The notes under the pieces were generated by a model that was not told where the DNA came from, made no database searches, and saw only the letters and a program-made list of their open reading frames with translations. Made by a program: the position numbers and the translations under genes. A stretch of 61,983 nucleotides of DNA, filler included, from Choristocarpus tenellus KU-1152 (taxonomy: Eukaryota > Protista > Phaeophyceae): the NCBI GenBank assembly GCA_964200185.2. It is 10 parts of 10 records of this genome, joined end to end, with 100 filler letters (N's around TTAATTAATTAA, not from the genome) between each part and the next. Parts side by side here need not be neighbours in the genome. Positions count along the whole stretch, not along the records: positions 47,295 to 51,600 come from CAXNAD020015197.1; positions 51,701 to 54,465 come from CAXNAD020024938.1; positions 54,566 to 59,012 come from CAXNAD020014506.1; positions 59,113 to 61,983 come from CAXNAD020024053.1; 6 more parts are not named here. The stretch is one strand, 5' to 3'. Of this stretch, positions 49,901-61,539 are shown piece after piece. Each line of letters begins with the position of its first letter. Positions within the stretch are counted from its first letter, which is position 1.

Positions 49901-50294
49901 TTAGTTTGTCTTACCAAGAAAGGTGTCAGCAAAAGCATTGCCAAGGAATGGAGAATGGACCAGGATCAAAGGTGCTGGGAGGGTTTTTAACGTGAAGGTT
50001 CTACCTTGTCTGTTCATACTGGAGAAAATACTCAGCTCAACCACGTGGGATATTTGACAATTCCTTGAAACATCCTGGATTGATCCTTCATGATTTGGTG
50101 ACTCCTTGGGGCGTCCTGGACTCACCTCATCCTCTATGTATGGGGCTGTGGAATTCTACCTACATGACGCTTTTCATGGTGAAACAATTATTCATTAAGG
50201 CCCCAGTTCTCGTATTTCCTTATTTCACCTAAAAGGCTTTCATACACGCTGATGCCAATAAGAGTGATACAAAGAGTCCTTATTGATGTGCTGG

Positions 50295-50366
50295 GACCAC
50301 ACTGGCCCAGTCTGGTTAGTTGCCAGTCCAGTGTAAGGGTGTGGTTCGGATCGGCTGGGGCTTTTT
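50295..50366 (+). mobile_element. Possible tRNA-derived SINE head
   Basis: A-box-like tggcccagtctgg and B-box-like ggttcggatc at tRNA-like spacing, followed by ttttt; no clean cloverleaf. Confidence 0.3.
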
Positions 50367-50412
50367 ACCCTATTTGGAACACATTATGGTATTTGAAGCA
50401 GGACGATGCAAA

Positions 50413-50669
50413 GGGCCGAAGCATTTAAGAGAGTAGGAGTTTTCCCTGTTTGTCCATTCGGGGCTTGGCTTCCCACGGGTTTTTTATGCCCCTTTTCGGT
50501 TTTCTGTGTGAACACGGTTACCTAAAATGTATACGACCATGAAAGGTGTGTCTGAAGCAAGGATGTTAACACTTACTAACAAACACAATAGCCAAAACTA
50601 CTCAAAATCGTAACATTGGATTTATGACCCCGAACGGACGCGGTCCAACTCTCTTCAGTGCTTTGACTC
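50413..50669. mobile_element. MITE family A, subfamily 2
   Basis: GGGCCGAAGCATTTAAGAGAGTA...TGCTTTGACTC; no clear TSD. Confidence 0.85.
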
Positions 50670-50679
50670 CGCAACCACT

Positions 50680-51500
50680 GCAACAATATTCATCTTCATT
50701 GCGCTCTCACATATGCCAGTGCCTCATCTAAATGCACGGGGATGTGGTCCCCCCACATATGAAGCACTTCGTAAAGAATCATACAATTCTTTGACTAATC
50801 GGACCAGACCTGTAGCAATTTTAATTAATAGTTTGTAGTGTTCTCAACAACACATCTCCCACTACTCTATGAATCAGATGAATTAAAGCTACCCTTCCTT
50901 CAATGGCCACTCCCACTTTCATGAGCTTAAACCCGTTCTTGCTTTGCCTGGTTCAGGAGGGATAAAGTTCTGCTGACCACAGTTTATATTATATAGGTTT
51001 CTCACAAGGTTCACGAAATACATACCAAGTCCCAAGTGGGTGAAGGGTGCCAAGGACGAGGACAAGCGGAAAGTTGCCTGTGATCCGACCAAGCGCCATG
51101 TATTGTATTGCTTCCCACTTTCCTGGATTCTCATGTATTAATATGTAAGGGCCTTGTACACAATGCGTGAGGGTACACTCCACTCTACCCAAAGAATCAG
51201 ATGGTCATATCGTATTGATATTAGCACGCCTCCTTGATTGTTTTGCTCAAATCTTCCACAACAACATTGAAAGCATACACAAACAATATTTGTGTGCAAT
51301 ATCAAGTATCCTAATCCATTCCTCCACAACTTCCTAAAACGTCATGCAATTACCAACCTGATGCAATATGCGGGAATTAATGTCCAACAATTCAGAAGGG
51401 GGTTTAGGATGTTGCTGAGGCTCTTTCACTTGGGGAATCTCCACCCCACCCCCCTTTTTTTGAACATGGTCAAGTCATCGTTTCCCAGTGTTACTAGTAA
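50680..51500 (-). mobile_element. Decayed non-LTR (LINE) reverse transcriptase relic
   Basis: THLGLGMYFVNLVRNLY followed by GVAIEG...VVGDVLLRTLQ and SASYVG, in the order expected for RT subdomains; many stops. Confidence 0.45.
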
Positions 51501-52941
51501 TTTTCATGGCTGTAAGAGTAGACTAGTGTGTCTACTTCGTGCTCATAACCCCCCCCGTCCTTCGTATCTACTCCGCCTATTGCTGCATATCTCTCCCCCC
51601 NNNNNNNNNNNNNNNNNNNNNNNNNNNNNNNNNNNNNNNNNNNNTTAATTAATTAANNNNNNNNNNNNNNNNNNNNNNNNNNNNNNNNNNNNNNNNNNNN
51701 GGGGAGGGAAGGGGGGACAGAGAGGCAGATTGAACCGGTCTATTTTGGAACAATATTTTGAGATACATGTGAGGGATGGTTAAAGGTGATGATGGCTGTG
51801 TTCGTTCATCAAGTGGTAAAAGTAGAAGTCTCATCCCTTGGGCGAGAGCGGACTTCCTGTGGTTGTGTGTGTGTGTGTGTGTGTGTGTGTATTGTTTTCT
51901 TTTTTAAGTTTGAGTTGGTCGTCGTGTTCCTCAGAGATACATATACGTGGATATGTATATATTATTTTATTTATTTTCTAATGTGATAGATAGCAGAGAT
52001 TATGATCCAGGGTAGGTGTGACCTCCTTCCTCACCAATTATCCTTGGTACAGGTTGGAATTTATTTTTTTTGTTTATTTTAGTAGAATGAACAAACTCTT
52101 GTGTGAGAGGTGTTGATTCGAAAGTGTTGCTGCTTTGCTATACCGGTATATTGGAAGGCGTGAAGAGATTTAAGGAAGTTTGTCTCGTAATCTTTTTTTT
52201 TTTCTATGATTTTTTTTTGTTAAAGCTGCCCTTAACTCTTGACGAAGAGCAACCCGTTTTATAGGGTAAGAAATGATAATGATAATAATAATTATTATTA
52301 TTGTTATTGTTATTTTCAGATGTCGAGTTGCCTGGTTCCGAGGTTGAATCGACACCTGAAGTGTTTTGACAAGCATGAGGCAGATTAAGGTGAAAAAGGC
52401 TCGATGATTGCTGTGTAGAGGTTAAGGCCTGTGAATACATGGTAGGAGTACTAACACTAATATTAACCCTAAACCTAGTCCATGAAAAAGATAATAAAAG
52501 ACGTGAGAGCTGTTAATAGTAAATAAATTGTACACTTTTTAGTGACTGACCCCCTGCAGTGCGAACCACACCGCTCCAAAATTGCCCTATCCCTGCCCCT
52601 CTCCCTGCCCCTCCCCCCCTCTTACATACCTTCGTGGCCATATTACTTTCATTACGCAAAGGAGTGCATACTACCTGTTTTTTTTATGTTTTCACCGATG
52701 GGTCCAAGAACCCCCCCTCAGACTAATGACAACAACAATAATAATAATAATAATAAAATTAGTAATAATCATCGTGTAATAATCAGAACCATAATAGTAG
52801 TAATTGTAACTATAGGGATGATAATAACCTGTCCATCCGTCCATCCATCCATCCATCTATCTGTGAAGTGAATATGAGCTACACGAGGCACTAGAGTTTT
52901 CCCCGGCAGAAGAGGGAAGTTTCTGCCTCTTTTCCATCCAG

Positions 52942-54379
52942 TTCTCTCCCAGGAACACACACATATTGGGAGGTGGCTCAGACTACTGCGTTCACCTGTA
53001 CAGCCTGGAAAGGTGAAGTGTGAAGGGTGTGAAGGATGGATACTGTAGTGTGACAGACACGCTGCACTTACTGAGAGATGATTGTAGGGATGTAGGGTTA
53101 GGGGTTTGGGTCTGGGCTGGGACTGAGTGCTGTTTTTTATTATTATTGACAGGTGTTGCTGTTCATGTGTCTGAGTGGGGGTGGCTTTCTTTCCAATGGG
53201 TTGGGTTTAGGGTCATTTGGTAATGCTTGGGGGCAGAGATGGGGGGGGAGGGGGGGGTAGCTGCTCTGGCGATATTTCAACTTTTGTGGTTGGATTAGGG
53301 GGATGGTGTTTGTATGTTTTGTGTGTACATACTCTGAAGTAAATGTTATATATGTACATACAAGAGGGTAGATTTTTTAAAATATATATTTGAATGTGAA
53401 GAGTGAAACAAACGCCTGATATGGTGGGTGTATGGAATGAAAATGTAGTAGTTGGAATTACTTAAGTGCTGAAATGTTTAAACTCTTATACAGGTGCAGT
53501 AGATCGCAGCATTAATAATAATAATAATAATAATATTTTGTAGTTTTTATATAGTCCTGATGTTTTTTTCTCCTCCTGGTTTTGGTTCACGCTCTTTTCA
53601 AATACATTTTTTTTATTTTAGCAGTTGTTGCAGTATTCAAGCTTTTTAATTATTTTTATTTTAGCAGTTGTACCTTACGCACAAGACACTTGTTGTGTTA
53701 ACGCCTCTGTGATAGGAAAACTTTGTGATGGGGAGGACCTCTCGCCTACTAGCGGCACACACTTTTTCAATTGGTGTTTTGAACCCGTTAGAAAAAGAAA
53801 AAGAAAAATTTGTCGGGGTTTTCTATTGGTTGGTCGGACTTGTTTGTGATAACCCCCCAGACATTTGCAGCACCAGTCTTTTCTTTTGATCGATTAGTTC
53901 TAGAAACTCACAGCACTCTCATGGATTGTAAAGGTTACTGACTGTAAGGTAAAGCTTACGTGAAAGTCTGGATGGGGTGGAGAGGTGGGTGGAGACTGAC
54001 TCACTCAAATGAAGAAAAAAAAGATAAAACATGAAAGTTTGACCTCCTGTTTTATTTCAATTTTTTTATTATTAGTAGTTGATAGATTTTTGAATGATGT
54101 TAATAAAAAATGAGAAGATTAAAAAAAATATTTATATATTTATATTGTGAGGAACGTAGCGTGAGTATGTGTGTGTGTGTGTGTGTTTTGACTGCTGGAA
54201 CTATGGTTATGTCTTCGCTGGAAAAGAATAGATGTGAAAGGACTTGATTAATGATGAACCATTGATGGACCCAAACAAGCTCCCGAAATGTATTTTTCAG
54301 GAAGGAGAAGGTGGCATGTATTAAAAAAGCTCATATGGATGACGTGAATGCTGTCACCTACGCTGATCAGGGGGCTCAG
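52942..54379 (+). CDS. DCAF11: Two internal exons of a DCAF11/WDR23 (LEC14B)-like WD40 protein
   Basis: Exons 52942-53012 and 54301-54379 splice in phase to FSPRNTHILGGGSDYCVHLYSLERKEKVACIKKAHMDDVNAVTYADQGAQ, matching the recalled DCAF11/LEC14B segment (..GG..D..Y.....H.DDVNAV.FAD..Q). Remainder not found on this contig. Confidence 0.7.
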
Positions 54380-54583
54380 GTGAGGGGGGGGGGGGGGCTC
54401 AGGAGTTTAGGAAGACCTGGACCACGTACTTTGTGTTGGTGGGTTGGTGTGTGTGTGTTTGTGCTNNNNNNNNNNNNNNNNNNNNNNNNNNNNNNNNNNN
54501 NNNNNNNNNTTAATTAATTAANNNNNNNNNNNNNNNNNNNNNNNNNNNNNNNNNNNNNNNNNNNNGCGGGGGTGGGGGGGGGG

Positions 54584-54638
<55 letters not shown>

Positions 54639-55591
54639 GGCAACTGTAATGGATCATCGAAGGCATGTTGTGTTCCAATTAAACTGCTCGTGCAAACGTC
54701 AGTTACAACTCTACTCATCATCTTGCACCTGGTTGGTCATATCAGAGAGGGATGGTCACATCGTGGTCATATCAGTTACGACTCTACACAGTCTAGCTGC
54801 TGTAGACGCTATGCATCCGTTGGTATATATATATATATGCATGCATGAAATGGACAAAACTTCTTCTTTGAAACGATACATATTTTTATTTTTCTATTTC
54901 GGAATCGTTTCAAAAATCAAAAATAAAATAAGGCATCTGTTTCTGTTTCTTTCTTCCCCCCTCCCCTCCCCTTGCACATTGCCATTAACAAAAACAAAAA
55001 CAACAATGCGCAGTATTACAAAACGACTAAACGTTAACGTGAGGAATCATTTTTGTTGTTGTTGTTGTTGTTGTTGAAATCATGGAAAGTAACCACCGTT
55101 CACACCCAACAGAGGATAGCCGGAACCATTGTCGAACACCCCTCCTCTCCCCCCCCCCCACCCCCCTCTCCCCTCTCTCCCCTTGTGGTCGTAGTTCAAC
55201 AAATTTGCCAAACTTTTTTTTGTCGAAAAACGGTACTAGTAGTTACCGCAAGGCAAGAAGCGGTGGGTGTCTGACATCATCTAACCACTTCCCCCGCTAC
55301 CTTCCCCTACCTGTCGGCGTCTTCATACTGCCCCCCTTCCCTTCCATCTCTACAGTTACTTTAACAATTACGAATTACTTCTTGAGCATTTTCGTCAGAA
55401 TGATTCTACCTATAAAATTTCAAAGAGATATGAAGCTCGAAGTTTTGCAATGTAAGTGAAGGCGCCGCCGGAACATGTAAAGCAAGAAGATTCCAGTCCC
55501 TCCCCACCCACCCTGGTTCCACAACGCGATACCTCTGTACTAAGAAAAACATGTCAACTCTTTGATGGGTATAAAACCCACCACGACTCAC

Positions 55592-56570
55592 AGGATGTAT
55601 GCCGCAGTCGAGCATGATAGTCTTGCCCATGTACTTAAGAACGATGCAGCTTCGTCCGACTTCGTTGCCAGCCCCGATCGGCATGATTAACATCGTCTCT
55701 TCATCCTCTTCTCCTGCGGCATCCGTATGGGCTGTGGCAAATGATCCTTGTGCAAGGGGCGTGGGGTAGGAGGTAGAGATAGAAGTCAGAGACAAGATCT
55801 GGATTGGGGAGGTCAAGCATGAGTGATGAGTGGAGGAGTCCCACAATTTTTCCCTGGGACTACTGCCAGCTTCTGCTTGTTGTATGGAATGTTAAGCATG
55901 CAATACATGTTGCCGGCATCATTTTGAAAGGGGTGTATCAGTTTCCAAGAAGGTTCCACTGTGGAGCAGCAAAGACGATCAAGTCATTCCATTTTCTACA
56001 GGGAACGGTATATAGACTAAAGAGGAGGTAGGGCGAAAAAGTAGCTTCACCCCTCCCGGGCAACCAAGATTGCTGGAGATTGCGAGGGGAGAGGTACGGA
56101 TTGCGTTGTTTCTTCACCTCATGATAAACTCGAAAGTTGCCTCAACATCGTTGCTTTCAAGGTTCGAACAAGTCAATGGAAAGATAGGTGAATAATGAGC
56201 CTGAACCAGGTCATCTTTAGCCAGGGAGCCTATGTTTGCGAGACAACGAAAACTATAGTACATACGACTGATAGGTGTGGATTTGGATGGTCATGTCTGT
56301 TCCAGTCGCTATGGTTGACCAAGAAAAAAGCGATACCAATCCTATGACAGTGGATTGCTAAGTTGCAATCATTCCAGTCAACTAGAGATCTGAGGAGAAC
56401 ACTGAGTCTCAAGTCACTTCTACGTTGTATACATTCCTCTCAAGACTAGGTGTGATGACATAGATTGTCGTGTTAGGCAATCCACGAAGTGCGTAGCATT
56501 GCCAAGGAAACACAAAGATGCAATGATATTCACCCGGGGAGGGGGACCTGTCTCGCTTGCGAGAAGGCAT
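55592..56570 (-). CDS. CPSF3: CPSF73 (CPSF3/Ysh1) pre-mRNA 3'-end endonuclease, first two exons; rest beyond the contig end
   Basis: Exon 1 56570-56534 ([12 protein letters not shown], phase 1) and exon 2 55731-55592 (..[40 protein letters not shown]|gtgagt). GAG.EVGRSC and IMLDCGIHP are the CPSF73 N-terminal signature (INTS11 typically has DVGRSC/DCGMH). Confidence 0.9.
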
Positions 56571-57169
56571 CTTTGCAGCCCCTCGTAAGGCAAGAGGCGA
56601 TCGTACTCTCTCCGTGCCACAGGACCAAGGTAGTTGGAGTGGATCAACACAACACTTCCCAAAATGATTTTGATTGAAAACTAGGGTTAGGACGCTGAAG
56701 TCAGCACACACAACAATAATACCCAAGTAAAGTTTGTCCTATGCATAACAACATCGTTGTCCATGTTGATGTAGGTTACAACATGAGAGGGAAGCAAGTG
56801 TGAAGGAGAGGGATAGGTCGGCCGACGGAGGGCCTTTCCTGAGAAATCGCCTACTTGCTGCCAAAGGGGTCTTGTGGATCAGGGGATTGGCAGTCTGTTG
56901 GTACTGGAGAGCAGTACCTGTTCTGGGACTTGAAAGGGAAGTCCCCCCTCTCATCGATTGAGAACAGGGAACGACTTTTCAATACGCTTCTGGAGCTACT
57001 GCCAACTGATCTCTTACGGCCACTGCTCTGCAAGCATGGACTATGGAAGGATGCTCTCAGAGGAGGGCGAGGCGGTAGCGGAGGGTGGTGAGACTGTGAA
57101 TGACTTCGGCATTGGCACGCTAGTCCTAGCGCTGGCTCTGGGAATCATATCGAGGATATACCTGACACA

Positions 57170-57900
57170 TCTCAGTGGGTGAGCAACCAAATTAGATACT
57201 GTTGCCATTGTGATGTGTAGTGATTGCCGAATAGAGGTACACCAAGGTCCTCATGGGTTGGCAGTAACTGTGGGTGTACGTGTTCTGTTGCGTCCGACGA
57301 TGCAAACGCTCTCTGCCTATTCCCTCCCCTTGATTTCTGATGACTAGACGCAGTATAATTGGGTGGGGGGTGATTTTTGTCATGGCGTTTGTCCATCTTT
57401 GTGTTGGTGAAAGGGCTTACCACAAGTTGGAAGTCATTTTGTATGGTTGCTATTCGCAATAAGGCGCAGACACTGTGTCCTAGGTATTTCAGTATTGTGC
57501 GCCCACATCATTGTTGTGGAACACCCCGGGCAATAGATTGAGTGTAACATTAGAGGATGAGCCAATGTGAAGGCTGGGTATTTTACGTGACCAAGTTGCG
57601 CCTTGGTTAAGAGGTTTGGAAAGGTTCATTGTTATAGGTCAAATGTGGTGAAAATCAATCTAAGGCGCTTCGGTTCGTTTTGCAACAAGTCCTATAAAGT
57701 GGAAATGGGGTTTGCGTAAGGGAAGGAAGGGAAGGGGAGACCTGTTGCGATTAAACCTAGGGTTCTCTAGGGACGTTTGTAGAGACCTACCATCAGAGTT
57801 TTCTGGAGTATAAATAGCCCGGGAAAGTTGCCGTCTTGGAGCAGGATGAGTGCTTGCGTTAGTAGACAGGTCGATAAAGGGTTAGATCAGGGATTTGCAG
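57170..57900 (-). mobile_element. Possible decayed LINE RT relic
   Basis: Minus-strand LKYLGH followed by LLPTHEDLGVPLF (GGLG.P-like); very degraded. Confidence 0.35.
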
Positions 57901-58545
57901 TGTTATAATTGAGGCATTTTGATACCTGGTACAAGATAAAAGGGGAGGGAGTATCCATTAGGGTAACTTTAGGAAAGGTTGCTCTCCCGATTGTCTGTTA
58001 GCTAGTTGTAACCTATCCTATGTGGGGGGCAGAGCTTCTACTCAATGACACCTTACTTATATTCAAATTCGTTTCTTAACGTCACCATTCAGTGGGACAG
58101 TTTTGTATCATGACCGCCTGCACTATGAATGCACATCAAGTATAGCCGCTTATTGTAAATTGCCTGATACACAAAACCCTTTCACACTTCAGATTTGTAG
58201 AGTGAAGTACTGTGCCTGCTGGAGGAGGGTTGTGATTGCCCCTCTTTCCCCTCATCGCCCTGACTATTCGTAATTTGGTCGGCTGAACATTGTTCGGCCT
58301 TGTTTGTTCACCCCTAACCCTAAGATGTACTGCTTTTTATCTCTTGTCGAATAATTCGTTTAAATTTCACGAGAGGATACTTATTTGCCGTTTTATTTTT
58401 ATTTTTTGTATGTAGTATATGTATATAATAATAAACATACGCCTCACCTTCGTGAAGTGTTCAATAAACTATAGGGCTGTGAATGACATCCGTATTGCTT
58501 ACTGTACTATGGTTTTGTATTATTGATGGCATGGGTTACTTACAT

Positions 58546-58932
58546 GGGTTAGGGTTAGGGTTAGGGTTACTCAATATTAGGTACACTATAAGGGCGCTAC
58601 TGCTATATTCACACACACACATACATACACACACATATATATGTGTGTGTATATGCGTAAGTACGTAGGATTGGTGTACAAGATAGATGTACATACAGCC
58701 AGGTGGTGGTTACCTATGTTGCCTGTATTGCAATATTCAGATTGATGTGCTTGGTATGGAGTTATCATGTTTTTAGGTTGTATTGCATCTCAGCCATAGA
58801 GCTTTACGTATTGGGGTTAGGGTTAGGGTTAGGGTTTGGATCATGGTTAGGGTTAGGGTCAGAGTTCGTGTTTTTATCGTGGCTAGGTTTAGGGTAAGAG
58901 TTAGATGAATGGTGGTCAGGTTTGGGTTGGGG
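58546..58932 (+). repeat. Cluster of short perfect and degenerate TTAGGG tracts
   Basis: gggttagggttagggttagggtta at ~58546-58569; (gggtta)n at ~58814-58858; degenerate units to ~58932. Confidence 0.8.
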
Positions 58933-58981
58933 TGGTGGGCACTATTTCTACTGATTTGAATATGACTTGAATGCTGCAGCT

Positions 58982-59012
58982 GGCTCAAAGTATGTGGGGG
59001 GGGGGGGGGGGG
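58982..59012. mobile_element. MITE family B terminus at contig end
   Basis: GGCTCAAAGTATGT followed by poly-G into the spacer. Confidence 0.7.
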
Positions 59013-59387
59013 NNNNNNNNNNNNNNNNNNNNNNNNNNNNNNNNNNNNNNNNNNNNTTAATTAATTAANNNNNNNNNNNNNNNNNNNNNNNNNNNNNNNN
59101 NNNNNNNNNNNNACTCCGCGCCGCGTTTTTCCCCCCCCCCCCCCCCGTCGCTACATCCTGCTGCAGGGGACTTGTAATGACACAGAATTTCATATCTTTG
59201 AGAGAAATCAGTTCAGAGGTGGGTATACAGGGTCAATCCGAACTAAACAGGGATGGTATCCAGGGTTGGATTTTAAGGAGGTTGTCAAATATGTACACAA
59301 AATTTGTCTTCATTTTTTTTTTTTACAAATTCAAATAGGAAGTTTACTGAGTTCTGTCGAAAGTCTGTCAATAGAGACATAAACACT

Positions 59388-59668
59388 GAGTCAAAGTATC
59401 TATTAGAGGGTAAGAGCCGCGTCCGTTTGGGGGTCCAAAATCCAATGTGTGATTTTTTTATGTAATTTTTTTTTTTTCTTTAAATATTGTCTATCATGTT
59501 TGCTAAGAGGTGTCAGTATCTTTGTTCCGGACACATCTTTTCATAATGTATACGTTTTACCTACTCCGAAACATTTTGGAGTAGGAAAAGTCATTAAAAA
59601 AAAATGGGAAGTCAAGCCCCTAACGGACAAACAGGGCAAAATTCATACCATCTAAGATACTTTCACTC
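59388..59668. mobile_element. MITE family A copy
   Basis: GAGTCAAAGTATCT...AGATACTTTCACTC; flanks act/act (cact if the right terminal C is counted as target). Confidence 0.92.
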
Positions 59669-59735
59669 ACTCTTCAGGTCAAACTTGGCGCTTTATCCAT
59701 AGAAATGTGGGTGAATTGCAAGAATATGAAAAAAC

Positions 59736-59825
59736 AGGCTTAAATTGCAAAACTGCCAAGAACTGGCCTAAACTGAGAAACTGCCAAAAAACTGGCTCAA
59801 ATTGCAAAACTGCCAAAAAACTGGG
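59736..59825. repeat. ~28-bp tandem repeat x3
   Basis: aaa(t/c)tg..aaactgccaa.aactgg units. Confidence 0.8.
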
Positions 59826-60168
59826 TGGGTGCCTCTCAATTGCTTTGACCCGTTGCACATTTTAATAATCCAGACAAAGGGCCAAGAAAGACATCCGTTT
59901 TGTTTGTACAATAGCAGCAAGACCCTTTGTTGAGTTGCGGTTTCACTATGGGTGTGTGTGTGTGTGTGTGTGTGTAAGGGAGGGATATCCACGCCATGTA
60001 TACAATTGTTGTGCACATAAAGCTATGAAATACAGTGTTTTGGAGAGGGTTAAGAAAGATGGCTTAGAAGGCGAAGGAGGAGACCAAAACCTGCTACTAC
60101 CTACTGTTCAGTTGGTTTGGCTCCTTGTGTCTTGCCGAGCTCGAGATGCCGACGATCTGACAATGAAG

Positions 60169-60450
60169 GGCTCAGAGTATCTGGGGGGGGAGGGGGGGGA
60201 GGGAGGCNNNNNNNNNNTATTGTTCGCCTTGAAAAATTGAAAAATAAGTTGTCGAAGGTGATAAGGTTCTTGGGGGGGGGGGGGGGAGGGAGGCCTACAC
60301 CAAGATTTCCATTGGGGTCCTGACCAGGAAAAGTGCACTTACATTATCCATCCGACGCATTCAACCAAATCACCTAAGCATCGTGATATGGAAAAATGGG
60401 CCCCGAATGGACAGCCGACACCCCCCCCCCACCCCCAGATACTTTGAGCC
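60169..60450. mobile_element. MITE family B: a terminus (60169-60207, broken by a 10-N gap) and a near-complete copy (~60257-60450)
   Basis: GGCTCAGAGTATCTGGGG...; CCCCAGATACTTTGAGCC. Confidence 0.8.
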
Positions 60451-60773
60451 CCAAGGTCTTGTTTGTACCTGCGAGGATGGTGGTGGTTTTGGGGCAACAC
60501 ATCTCCTCTACACTACTCAAGGGGAGTGACCTTGCCCTGTGATTCAGATTCCGAGGTGTAACGTTTTTCTGCCTTGTCCATGCAGGGCACACATGCATTC
60601 ATCGAACCAAGAAATGTCTAATAAAGCCATACATGTCCCACAGGGGTTGTTTTCCACGTTTTGAGCATGAGCCGTTGGGAAAGGGTCCATACTTGAAGTT
60701 AGGAAGAGGATCGAATGAGCACTCTTGTCAGCTTTGCAAGAAGTATGGTTTTTTTATCGTGATGTGGCACTCA

Positions 60774-60974
60774 GGCTTAAGGTATCTGGGGAGCGGGGGA
60801 GGGGGAGGGGGGTCTACACCGGGGTGTCTATTCCGGCCCTGACCAGGAAAAGTGCACTTACATTATCTATCCGATGCATGCAACCAAACCACCCAAAAAC
60901 CACGACATATGGAGAAATGGGCCCCAAATGAACACCCGCCACCCCCCACCCACCCACCCCAGATACTTTGAGCC
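60774..60974. mobile_element. MITE family B complete copy (Tourist/PIF-Harbinger-like ends)
   Basis: GGCTTAAGGTATCTGGGG...CCCCAGATACTTTGAGCC; 3-bp TSD tca. Confidence 0.88.
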
Positions 60975-61266
60975 TCAGTTTACATCCTGAACACTTTCTT
61001 TTTTGTTCAAGGGATTGGTATGGTCTCTTTCCAACTGAACATTCCAAATTTCGATTGTGAACATGTCACAATTAGTAGGCAGTGAAACATGAAAAGAACA
61101 GGCGCGGGAATGATGGCGTTTTTTTTTTTAAGAAATGATACCTCACATGTCCCAGCAGCTTCAAAAAAGGTATACTTTCATACACCATTTTTTTGTTGTT
61201 CGTACCTCAGCACACTATGGTACTAATCGGGAGCCAGGCATTAGTATCAGCCGTTGGATGCAATCC

Positions 61267-61539
61267 AAGTCAAAGAATCTTAGGGTTAGGGTAGAGCCCC
61301 CCGTCCGTTTGTAGACATAAAATCCGATGTTGCGATTTTTTTCATGTAATTTTGGCTATTGTGTTTGTTAGGAAGTGTCAATATCCTTGTTCCGGACACA
61401 CCTTTTCATAATGTATGCATTTTACCTACTCCGAAACATTTTGGAATAGTATGAATTTCTTTTTTGAAAAACGGTGGGAAGCCAAGCTCCAAACGGACAA
61501 ACAGGGCAAAAACTCGTATGCTCTAAGATACTTTCACTC
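61267..61539. mobile_element. MITE family A copy
   Basis: AAGTCAAAGAATCTTAGGG...CTCTAAGATACTTTCACTC; TSD unclear. Confidence 0.88.

Larger units (their letters stand above)
48688..50262 (+). mobile_element. Heavily decayed Ty3/Gypsy RT-RNase H relic, same lineage as 37092-39619, interrupted by two MITEs
   Basis: IDSCVNIMEEEG..SP*GSPVTIVA, WQIPVA, DKIAFVT, KRIPFG, FGSCSGLVVYMEK (cf. FGTGSGLLCYMDD), TLKPSKIKFG, KAPVL..FIHADA. Confidence 0.85.

Noticed and set aside
50990-51340. LDIAHKY..LLW ... LGTWYVFREP resembling a GH5 mannanase NEP region
   Set aside because: Stops in frame, no NEP, spacing too long; other frames fit a LINE RT relic better.
52320-52389. Additional upstream DCAF11-like exon ending ..RQIK|gt
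   Set aside because: The frame needed to join the 52942 exon contains TGA; the other frames also stop.
54518-54721. Poly-proline ORF, and other ORFs made of (CA)n, (AAT)n, (TTG)n or TTAGGG translations
   Set aside because: Translations of homopolymer and microsatellite tracts.
56855-57091. Plus-strand ORF divergent from CPSF73 (..RERLFNTLLELLPTDLLRPLL..)
   Set aside because: No ATG or convincing acceptor in frame; next to LINE-like debris; no recognisable domain.
60460-60760. Minus-strand WFDECM/AWT fragment resembling a piggyBac catalytic motif
   Set aside because: Too short and frameshifted to support.
3279-61539. Recurrent AAAGTATCTTAGAGGGTA motif as CRISPR-like repeats
   Set aside because: Copies are inverted termini of dispersed ~255-bp elements with TSDs; no regular spacers and no cas genes.
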